The notes under the pieces are model-generated. The model was not told the origin of the DNA. It was given only the letters and a program-made list of their open reading frames with translations, and made no database searches. A DNA stretch of 39,685 nucleotides, taken from an uncultured Bacteroidales bacterium. Lineage in GTDB: Bacteria; Bacteroidota; Bacteroidia; Bacteroidales; UBA4417. Shown piece after piece: positions 1 through 7,784 of this stretch. The DNA lies in contig CAIXAQ010000601.1 of assembly GCA_903917425.1 (NCBI GenBank), forward strand, positions 1-39,685, read 5' to 3'. Each line of letters begins with the position of its first letter. Within the stretch, counting starts at the first letter, position 1. A program made the position numbers and the translations under genes.

Positions 1-1062
1 GGCAATAGCAGTCAGGTTTACGGCTGGTACATCGGCGGCACAGGACACCGTGACGTCCAGGCTTCCTGCCGGGGTGGTGATGGTTGGGGCGATATTGTCC
101 CCAACATTAATAATTTGAATGCAGGTTGTAGGGTTGCCAACCGGAACATACGTTGATGCATCTTTCAGAGTCCAGGTGCGGGTTATGACAACAGGACAAT
201 TTCCGGAGGCCACATCTTTGTATTGTACAGTTTTTATTTCACAATTATCAGTTGCCACACCTTGGTTAGTGGCATCAGAGAATGCGGCATAGGATGAAAG
301 AGTCAGAGCCGTATTATAGGCTGGGTCAGTGATTGCAGAGGTGGTGCATCCCTCAATATTCCGGGTTACAGCACAAGTGCTTATTATTGGAGGCGTGATA
401 TCCTTTATCTTTATTTTGGTCTGTCCACCCCCAAAATTGCCTGAAAGATCCGTCACCAGCACGGAGACAATAATATTCCCCAAGGCAATATCATTACAAC
501 TAAAAATATGAGACGCACTATAAACGTCGCCCAAAGGTAAATTCCTTTTAAATTCATAACTTGAGATGCCACAGTTATCACTTGCACTTAATATAAAATC
601 GGTTGCAAAAACTACCACCGTACCATCAGCACCTAAATTCTTTTCAATCTCCTTAAGATTTACCTTAGGCAATTCCATGTCTGCAATTTCAACATCAAAC
701 ACACAATCGGAAGTTCCACTTCCATCAACGGCTGTCCAGGTAACAGTAGTTATTCCCTTATTGAATGTTACTCCATCAAGAGTAACATTGGCAGGGGCAT
801 CAGGAATTACAGTTGCACCTGTGAGTGCATATGTTAAGGTTGCACCAGGCAAGGCAGCAATAGTAGGATCCCAGGGAGAGCCTCCTTCAAAAAATGTCCA
901 AAACGAGGCATTGTGTGTATATGTGCATTTGCCTACGTCGGTTCCGTTCGATGGCTTTTGATTATCAGGGCAATACGTAAATACGGGTTGTCCTAAAACG
1001 GAAAACGAGCAAAGCAAAACCGCAAAAACAAGCCAAAGTATGTTAGGTGTAGATTTTTCCAT
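1..1062 (-). CDS. Secreted HYR/Ig-like repeat surface protein, N-terminal part (3' end lies beyond the window start)
   Basis: Absent from the ORF track because it is open at the window edge. I checked all 354 in-frame triplets from the ATG at 1062 down to position 1 and found no stop. The nearest upstream in-frame stop is at 1132-1134, with no alternative start between. The N-terminus MEKSTPNILWLVFAVLLCSFSVLGQ looks like a signal peptide. Motifs GITTVTWTAVDGSGTSDCVFDVEI and VITRTWTLKDAS...CIQIINVGDNIAPTIT resemble HYR/SprB-type repeats of Bacteroidota adhesins. Confidence 0.7.
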   Translation of the reverse strand, partial: MEKSTPNILWLVFAVLLCSFSVLGQPVFTYCPDNQKPSNGTDVGKCTYTHNASFWTFFEGGSPWDPTIAALPGATLTYALTGATVIPDAPANVTLDGVTFNKGITTVTWTAVDGSGTSDCVFDVEIADMELPKVNLKEIEKNLGADGTVVVFATDFILSASDNCGISSYEFKRNLPLGDVYSASHIFSCNDIALGNIIVSVLVTDLSGNFGGGQTKIKIKDITPPIISTCAVTRNIEGCTTSAITDPAYNTALTLSSYAAFSDATNQGVATDNCEIKTVQYKDVASGNCPVVITRTWTLKDASTYVPVGNPTTCIQIINVGDNIAPTITTPAGSLDVTVSCAADVPAVNLTAIA

Positions 1063-1350
1063 GGAAGTTGAGTTTAAACTTACCTGAAATATTGTAAGAA
1101 CGTTTCTGAATAAGGAGAAATAGATTTGAAATTAGCCTATTAAATATCAATAAAGTACTAAGCAGTTGATTACTAGTTAAAATAGTATATGAGCCGTATA
1201 AAGGTACGAAATAAACATATGATAAGTTCAACAATTTCGCTATTTTTTCTCTCCGACACAATATAATTAATTTTATTTTTTTGCACATTATTGATCTTCA
1301 AAGCAATATAAACTATTTCTTTTTAAGCCTCTTTGCATTTATTCGATATA

Positions 1351-1390
1351 ACCTATCCTTTTCCTCTCTCACCTATCCTTTTCTTCTCTC
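1351..1390. repeat. 20-bp tandem duplication (acctatccttttcctctctc / acctatccttttcttctctc)
   Basis: Two adjacent 20-mers, read directly, differ at one position. They are pyrimidine-rich on the + strand. Confidence 0.8.
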
Positions 1391-1544
1391 TTGAAACACT
1401 TTTTTCTTGCTTTATGTTTTCTTAGTTTATGTATTATCTTTCTAAAAGTAACTTTACGTGCTGCTGAAATAAAAGCTTATCAAGCGAAACAAAATAATTA
1501 AGTGTTTTTCCTGCTGACGGGAGTGTTAAAGAGAACGACTCAAC

Positions 1545-1587
1545 AAACTCTTGATTTCGTTTGTTCAGCCGAAGAACGATTTAATCT
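1545..1587. repeat. Copy A of a 43-nt dispersed direct repeat in the ORF-free region
   Basis: aaactcttgatttcgtttgttcagccgaagaacgatttaatct aligns without gaps to 1986-2028, matching 36 of 43 positions by hand count. Confidence 0.75.
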
Positions 1588-1888
1588 TTTTTTTTAAGTT
1601 ATATTTTATGAAGCTTTTTCAGAATATCCTGCAAATAAATTTTCAACAACTTACTTTCCGGATTTAAAAAAAAATTGGCTCTTGATGGTCTTCAAATCAA
1701 TCTCTTAAGACTTCCAACAAAATTCACACAAATTTGAATAAACAATTATTGGGCCAGTCACATTCCAAACAACCAAAGCTAAGAATTCTCTATTTTTTTA
1801 ATTATTTAATCATAAGCTATTGTATATCTACCATATGTATATACAATTTCAATTAATTAAAAAAAATAGAAAAACCCTTAATCATTCT

Positions 1889-1902
1889 ACGGAAATTTCC
1901 GT
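1889..1902. promoter_or_regulatory. Perfect 14-bp palindrome ACGGAAATTTCCGT (candidate dimeric regulator site)
   Basis: The sequence equals its own reverse complement. It lies in the ORF-free region between the two 43-nt repeat copies. Confidence 0.3.
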
Positions 1903-1985
1903 ATCCGTCCCCTTTTGGGAATTTATTGTCCCGAAATCACACCACACCTCCACTTTTCCTGACTTCGACAACGCATCATCCTGAT

Positions 1986-2028
1986 AAACTCGCGATTTCA
2001 CTTGTTCAGGCAAAGAACGATTTAGTCT
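1986..2028. repeat. Copy B of the 43-nt dispersed direct repeat
   Basis: aaactcgcgatttcacttgttcaggcaaagaacgatttagtct. It is followed at 2030-2067 by an 8-bp stem hairpin (ttggttcg ... cgaaccaa). Confidence 0.75.
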
Positions 2029-3315
2029 ATTGGTTCGGGTTTTATTATTCATTGAAACGCGAACCAACTTATCTATTTATTAAGACAACTTTGTTTTAAG
2101 ATTCAGTCGATAACTTCAACGAGATTTGATGATCCGATTGTTTTACTATTGACAAGGTTTTGACTTCAAAATTATATTTGATTGATGAATGCCGTGCTTT
2201 ACGCATTGAGGGACGGTTTCCTCGTTGAGAAAAAGAAAAGACAATGCAAATAGTAAGCCAACAAAAGACTATTTATACAAATAGGCTTTGCAAGGAATGT
2301 AACTCACTCAATTTGAGTACCTAAGAAAATATAAATTATTTTTCATTAGATTGATCTTGGGGTAAGAAGATAAAAACAAGTTAAGATAATGAGTTAGAAA
2401 GAGTAAAAAACTGAACACGTGTGCGAAAAAGCGAACATTTATATTTAATGTTCTTTGGCTGATTACTTAATCAAACAGTATGATTCTTCAAATAAGTTAT
2501 AAAATGACAATTACACCTGACTCTCTGCATTAGCAACCTGACTGCTCAGGTGCTTCGTTTAATTCACGCTTACTATCAGTTGCTTAAGCAAAATTACCGA
2601 TATTAATTGCCTGTAATCAACTGTAATTTTATTTTTTTATTAACAAACGCATGTTCATAAACAAAACAGGCACACGCTCTTATTGTGTTCTGAATCAGGT
2701 TTATAAAAATTACGACCTCTAATTTGTCGCCAAAAGCGAAAATCATACAACTTTTTTTCTTTATTGTTCGCTTCAATCCTTTAATCGAATTCTTCTGTTT
2801 ATAAAAACCTTTAACGCCTTTCGGATGCCAATATGCAGAATCTATCTGAGGCTATTTGCCTTTTTAAACAATGATTTCCATTGAATATTTCGTCAAAAAA
2901 CAATGAATTATCAATTGACGAATTAAAAGCTGAAGTAGTTTTTCAACTTATCAAATCTACAAACCGGATGTTTATTCCAGATCAGGCATCTTGAGTCCTA
3001 TTATTTCTACCTTTATACTTTCAAACATAAACAAGTATAGTTTATTCTGAGAAACCATTTAACTTCACTAAAACACACAAAATTGTGCCTGATTTGTATT
3101 ACAATTCCTTAAAACATCCATCAATTAGTGTTGCCCCTTAGTTAGGATTTAAACGATGGCGACAACAACAATTGCATAATCACCTAATATAGAATACATT
3201 AAAAAATTTAACGAAATTTTGTGCCTCCAGGATTCCAACAGGAATACATGCGTGGGCGTCAGAAACAAAAAGCAGCTATCCAACAAACAAATACAGTTCA
3301 AAAAAAACCTTACTT

Positions 3316-3705
3316 ATGAAGCCTAAAATTCTGGTAATTGATGATGAAAGAAGTATCCGGATCCTTTTGGAGAGTTTCCTGTTACGAAGCGGCTATGAAG
3401 TTGAAAGCAGGGATGATGGTGAGAAAGCCTTCGAATGGCTTGAAACCAATCTGCCTGATCTGATCATTTGCGATGTTCAGATGAAAAATATGGATGGGTA
3501 TACTTTTGTACAAAAATTGCGCGAACGCGGACATACCAAAAATACCCCTGTGGTAATGCTTTCGGGCGTTGAAGGGAGCAAGGAACGCGTGAAATGTTAC
3601 AAACTGGGCGCTCAGGATTTTTTGGTAAAACCATTTAACCCTGACGAACTACACGAAATAATCAAAAAGAATCTTAATCCTATTCATTATGCTATAAAAT
3701 GGTAG
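3316..3705 (+). CDS. Single-domain CheY-like response regulator (receiver only), paralog 1
   Basis: 129 aa. Canonical receiver residues are present: DD (VIDDERS), phospho-acceptor Asp53 in LIICDVQMKNMDG, Ser in VVMLSG and Lys in LVKPF. There is no output domain. Confidence 0.9.
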   Translation: MKPKILVIDDERSIRILLESFLLRSGYEVESRDDGEKAFEWLETNLPDLIICDVQMKNMDGYTFVQKLRERGHTKNTPVVMLSGVEGSKERVKCYKLGAQDFLVKPFNPDELHEIIKKNLNPIHYAIKW

Positions 3706-3757
3706 CCATTCAGCCACTTAATATTTTAATCTGCAATGGTTTATACTTGTTATCAAT

Positions 3758-4936
3758 ATGGAAAATGCACTTAGGATAGTTTATATCGGCAATTCGCCCG
3801 AAGCAATCAGCACATTGCGGGCGGAGAAGCGAATTTCGCTCACTGTGCAGGCAAATGTGCTTGCAGCCGAAAATTACCTCAAATCGGGACAGATACCGGA
3901 TGCTATTTTCTGCGAAATGACAATTTCGGGTGGAGATGGACTTGCAATGCACGAATGGATTCGCAAAAAATACGACTTGGCTGGTGTTGCTTTTATCCTT
4001 TTTGACCAGGGGTTTGATGCAGAATTATATAAAAAAGCAATCAAAATTCGTGTCGACGATTTTTACACCTTCCCCTTACCACCCCTGCAAGGTCTACTCG
4101 ACAGACTCGTATTTTTGAAAGAATACCGTCAAAAATTAAAACCTATTGAACCCGAACTCAACCGTGAAATTGCTTACTCCATGCCGGTAACGAAACGTGT
4201 TTTCGATCTATTTGCGGCATCTGCCGGACTAATAGTACTGTCGCCTCTGCTGCTGATTGTCACGATTGCAATCAAACTCGAATCAAAGGGCAAAGTTATG
4301 CATGTCACAAAACGGATAGGCACAGGCGGGAAAATATTTGATTACCTGAAATTTCGCTCCATGCGCGAAGGGGTTGAGCCTACCATCTCTGAAATGCCAG
4401 CGCAAAAAAGCCAATTCACTTACGGATCTCAAAATTCGGACATAGATTTTGAAAAACCTTGCCCGAAATGCAGCCAGTTAAGATCAAATATTACCTGTTC
4501 GCCGCTCATTCATATTGGGACAGAGTCAATTTGCGAGTATTGGTATTCGGTACAAAAGAATGAAATAAACCATACAAAATCCACATCCGGTAAAAATGAA
4601 AGCCCGCGGATGACCAAAGTCGGTAAGTTTATCCGCAACACAGGTATCGACAGGCTACCGCAATTAATCAATGTGTTAAAAGGCGATATGTCAATTGTAG
4701 GCAACCGGCCCTTGCGCTTGTACGAGGCGGAACAGTTAACCAAGGGAGATATGTCGCGGCGTTTCCTTGCACCAGCAGGCATGACAGGGCTTTGGCAGGT
4801 TGAAGATCGCCAGAGAATGCGAGATATTTCTGAACTTGAACGCAAAAGTTTGGATGTTGCTTATTCCGATCATTTTATAGGCAACAATTACTCTTTTTGG
4901 TACGATTTCGGGATCCTTTTACGGCGTTTTCGGTAA
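3758..4936 (+). CDS. Phosphoglycosyl (bacterial sugar) transferase with N-terminal pseudo-receiver domain, paralog 1
   Basis: 392 aa. Residues 1-125 look receiver-like but carry GN instead of DD and CE in place of the phospho-Asp (DAIFCEMTISGGDG). The C-terminal part has Bac_transf motifs: KRVFD, a re-entrant helix LSPLLLIVTIAIKLES, KFRSM, KVGKFIRNTGIDRLPQLINVLKGDMSIVGNRP and PAGMTGLWQV. A roughly 80-aa insertion carries C-x2-C-x8-C-x11-C. Confidence 0.85.
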   Translation: MENALRIVYIGNSPEAISTLRAEKRISLTVQANVLAAENYLKSGQIPDAIFCEMTISGGDGLAMHEWIRKKYDLAGVAFILFDQGFDAELYKKAIKIRVDDFYTFPLPPLQGLLDRLVFLKEYRQKLKPIEPELNREIAYSMPVTKRVFDLFAASAGLIVLSPLLLIVTIAIKLESKGKVMHVTKRIGTGGKIFDYLKFRSMREGVEPTISEMPAQKSQFTYGSQNSDIDFEKPCPKCSQLRSNITCSPLIHIGTESICEYWYSVQKNEINHTKSTSGKNESPRMTKVGKFIRNTGIDRLPQLINVLKGDMSIVGNRPLRLYEAEQLTKGDMSRRFLAPAGMTGLWQVEDRQRMRDISELERKSLDVAYSDHFIGNNYSFWYDFGILLRRFR

Positions 4937-5271
4937 ATTGGCGTAATATCACCAAGTCATACAGCTTTAATGTTTATATTTACTCTTTTCAATTTCAAAT
5001 GTCCCGTAATCGCTAAACCTCTGATTTTCATTCGATATCTAAATAATAATCGCTAAAACGTATTACAAATATCTCTCATGTAAATCAATTATCAAAAGCA
5101 AATGTTTAAATCAGTATTGCATAACTATTGTTGTGATGTGGATGATTTAAACCGGGCAGCGGGTAGGGGCAAAAAACAAGTGACTTTTCGAACCGAGTCA
5201 GATTTCGGAATAGATTCACAATCAGAAGGAAATTTTAAAATAGATTCAATAACATATAAAAAACAAAATCG

Positions 5272-5664
5272 ATGGGTAAGAGTAGAATTCTGGCTATTGA
5301 CGATGAAAGAAGCATCCGGCTCCTTTTAGAAAGTTTCCTGTCAAAAAAACACGATATAGTTACTAAAAGCGATGGTTTAGAAGCACTCGACTGGCTCGAA
5401 GTCAATTTACCACCCGATCTCATCATATGCGACCTCCAGATGGCGAAAATGGATGGATTCGAGTTTGTTAAAAAGCTGCGTGAACGCGGATATACAAAGC
5501 ATACCCCCGTTATTATGCTATCAGGAGTTGAAAGCACCAAGGCGCGCATCGATTGTTATAAAAACGGTGCACAGGATTTTTTAACCAAACCTTTTAATCC
5601 CGAAGAATTGGAGGAAATTATCAATAAAAATCTGAATCCCGTACATTTTGCAAAAAAATGGTAA
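5272..5664 (+). CDS. Single-domain CheY-like response regulator (receiver only), paralog 2
   Basis: 130 aa, roughly two-thirds identical by eye to the 3316-3705 product. It has DD, Asp54 in LIICDLQMAKMDG, MLSG and TKPF, and the same C-terminal ...KW ending. Confidence 0.9.
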   Translation: MGKSRILAIDDERSIRLLLESFLSKKHDIVTKSDGLEALDWLEVNLPPDLIICDLQMAKMDGFEFVKKLRERGYTKHTPVIMLSGVESTKARIDCYKNGAQDFLTKPFNPEELEEIINKNLNPVHFAKKW

Positions 5665-5729
5665 TCAGCCAGCTATTTGATTAAACAATTCGTCACAAAT
5701 TCCAGTACAATTCGTTCACCAATCATATT

Positions 5730-6980
5730 ATGGAAAACGCACTTAAAATAGTTTATATCGGCAATTCTTCCGAAACTATTTCAGCATTGACAGCCAATGA
5801 TGGAATTTCCTTAGAACTTACAAGCAATATTCTTGCTGCGCAGAAACGCCTCACATCAGCCCCAGTCCCTGATGCAATACTCTGCGAAGTAAGCTTTTCG
5901 GGAGGAGAAGGAATAAAGTTATTTGATTGGGTTAGACAGCAATCCTCCTTAAACCCTGTTAGCTTTATACTACTGGCCTTTGAGTTTAAAGAAGATTTGA
6001 TAAAGGAAGCTTTAATAAAGCAGATCGACGATTTTTATGTGATTCCTCTACCTTCTTCTGAAAAAATAATTGGACGGTTAAATTATCTCAAAAATTACCG
6101 GTCGAAACCCGTCCCTATTGACATAAAACCAGATACATTACCTCCAACTCCAAGGTCAAAACGTATTTTTGATATAGTAATGGCCACAGTTGCTCTAATT
6201 GCACTTTCGCCCTTATTACTTATTGTTATTATGGCAATCAAACTTGAATCGAAAGGTAAGTTTTACTACATTTCGAGACGTGTTGGCCGCAAACCTTTCG
6301 ATTTTTACAAGTTGCGTTCCATGCGATCCGGTTCTGATGCTGATCTTAAAGAACTGGCAAAAGCCAAAAATCAATATGCAGTTGCAAGTTTACGAACAGA
6401 GATAGACTTCAGCAAACCATGCCAGGAATGCGCTAAATTGCCAGCCGGGGAAACCTGTTCTCCACTGAGGTATATTGGAGATCAATCTATTTGTGAAAGG
6501 AACTACAAACTCCAGGATATGGAAATAAGCAAGTCCACATTTAACAAAATTGTTGACGACCCGAGGATTACCCGAGTAGGAAGATTTATCCGCAATACCA
6601 GTATTGATGAACTGCCACAACTCATTAACGTGATAAAAGGAGATATGTCAATTGTAGGCAACCGTCCGTTACCGGTTTATGAGGCCGAGAAACTCACAAT
6701 TGGCGGAAAACCTATCGCCAGCGATGGCAAACCAAATATTGACGATATTATACAAAAAGCCAGGTTAGATAACCCAAAAAGGTTTTTAGCCCCAGCAGGC
6801 ATTACAGGGCTTTGGCAGGTTGAACTTCGCGGAAAAGGAGGTGATATGTCGGAAGACGAACGGAAAAAACTTGATATCGACTATTCAGATCACTTTATCG
6901 GTGATGCCTATTCCTTTAAGTACGATTTATGGCTGATCCTCCGCACTTTTAAAGCCCTTTTTCAGAAAGATACTGTATAA
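5730..6980 (+). CDS. Phosphoglycosyl (bacterial sugar) transferase with N-terminal pseudo-receiver domain, paralog 2
   Basis: 416 aa with the same architecture as 3758-4936. It shares the MENAL.IVYIGNS start, CE at the phospho-acceptor position, KRIFD, KLRSM, RVGRFIRNTSIDELPQLINVIKGDMSIVGNRP and PAGITGLWQV. It has the same 4-Cys spacing, plus an extra insert of about 22 aa (GGKPIASDGKPNIDDIIQKARLDN). Confidence 0.85.
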   Translation: MENALKIVYIGNSSETISALTANDGISLELTSNILAAQKRLTSAPVPDAILCEVSFSGGEGIKLFDWVRQQSSLNPVSFILLAFEFKEDLIKEALIKQIDDFYVIPLPSSEKIIGRLNYLKNYRSKPVPIDIKPDTLPPTPRSKRIFDIVMATVALIALSPLLLIVIMAIKLESKGKFYYISRRVGRKPFDFYKLRSMRSGSDADLKELAKAKNQYAVASLRTEIDFSKPCQECAKLPAGETCSPLRYIGDQSICERNYKLQDMEISKSTFNKIVDDPRITRVGRFIRNTSIDELPQLINVIKGDMSIVGNRPLPVYEAEKLTIGGKPIASDGKPNIDDIIQKARLDNPKRFLAPAGITGLWQVELRGKGGDMSEDERKKLDIDYSDHFIGDAYSFKYDLWLILRTFKALFQKDTV

Positions 6981-7007
6981 GCTCAAAAATTCTGTAAATT
7001 TGCAGGT

Positions 7008-7784
7008 ATGATGAGAAGTATAGCGACTCTTTCCCTTCTTGTTTTTTTCCTCTTATGGTTCCCTGAGATAGTTAGTAGCCAGGCGGTTACGGCATTTGAT
7101 CCTATAAAAGAGGATATAAGCAACAAACTGCCCCCTTTGGCTGCGCTAATGGATTCGGCCATTGCAAATAATCCGTATATACGGTTCCGGGACCTGCAGA
7201 TTATAGTGAATAACTGCAAGCTCAAATCCAACGAGGTAGATTGGACGCGAAATATTGGTTTTTCGGCCGATGTGAGATATGGCAATTTTTATAATTATTC
7301 GCAAAATACAGTTGGCGGAATTGAACCACCTGCCGTTGCTACCAATCGTGCCGAAACAAAATGGGGCGGGGCAATTTATTTCAAATTTCCAGTTTACGAT
7401 CTGATTAACAGGAAAAACCAGCTTAAAATGGCCGGCATTGAAGTTGAACAGGCTGAAAATATGGCCGAAGTTCAGCGTAACGAAGTAAGGCAATTGGTTA
7501 TCCGCCAATACAACGAACTTGTTCTGAAACAGCGTTTGCTCAGGGTTAAATCAAAGTTTTTTGAAACTTCGAAAGCGAGTATGATGCTGGTTGAAAAAGA
7601 GTTTATAAATGGAGTAATCCCTTTGACTGAATATACCCGTCTGTCAGAAGCCGCCAACCGCACCGAATCCGATTATGAAGTGACGAGGATGGATTTTCTG
7701 ACAGCATATTTAATACTGGAGGAGATTACCGGAATGGATTTCCACTTAACTAACGAAATATCTGGCTCCAATGAAGGTAATTGA
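7008..7784 (+). CDS. TolC-like outer-membrane protein, short form with one OEP-type repeat
   Basis: 258 aa with a signal peptide (MMRSIATLSLLVFFLLWFPEIVSSQ). A helix / beta-hairpin / long heptad-like helix pattern (LMDSAIANNPYIRF..., AEVQRNEVRQLVIRQYNELV..., PLTEYTRLSEAANRTESDY) resembles half of a TolC/OprM-family protein. It overlaps the next gene by 14 nt. Confidence 0.55.
   Translation: MMRSIATLSLLVFFLLWFPEIVSSQAVTAFDPIKEDISNKLPPLAALMDSAIANNPYIRFRDLQIIVNNCKLKSNEVDWTRNIGFSADVRYGNFYNYSQNTVGGIEPPAVATNRAETKWGGAIYFKFPVYDLINRKNQLKMAGIEVEQAENMAEVQRNEVRQLVIRQYNELVLKQRLLRVKSKFFETSKASMMLVEKEFINGVIPLTEYTRLSEAANRTESDYEVTRMDFLTAYLILEEITGMDFHLTNEISGSNEGN

Noticed and set aside
329-961. Plus-strand ORFs 329-511 (60 aa) and 566-961 (131 aa)
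   Set aside because: They lie antisense to a 354-codon open minus-strand frame that has a clear signal peptide and adhesin-like repeats. Their translations are low-complexity with no recognisable motifs, so they are most likely shadow ORFs.
1043-2067. Minus-strand ORFs 1043-1288 (81 aa) and 1882-2067 (61 aa) in the AT-rich region
   Set aside because: They have Lys/Ile/Leu/Asn-rich composition typical of random AT-rich DNA and no motifs. The first overlaps the start of the adhesin gene in another frame. I kept only the note that 1882-2067 covers one copy of the 43-nt repeat.
1063-3315. Bacteroides-style invertible promoter (phase-variable capsule switch) in the long upstream region
   Set aside because: By eye I found no pair of long inverted repeats (about 20 bp or more) flanking a promoter-sized segment. 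No site-specific recombinase gene is in the window. A computational inverted-repeat search could still overturn this.
5102-5329. 75-aa ORF overlapping the start of response regulator 2
   Set aside because: It has no motifs and overlaps a well-supported gene start in another frame, within a likely promoter region.
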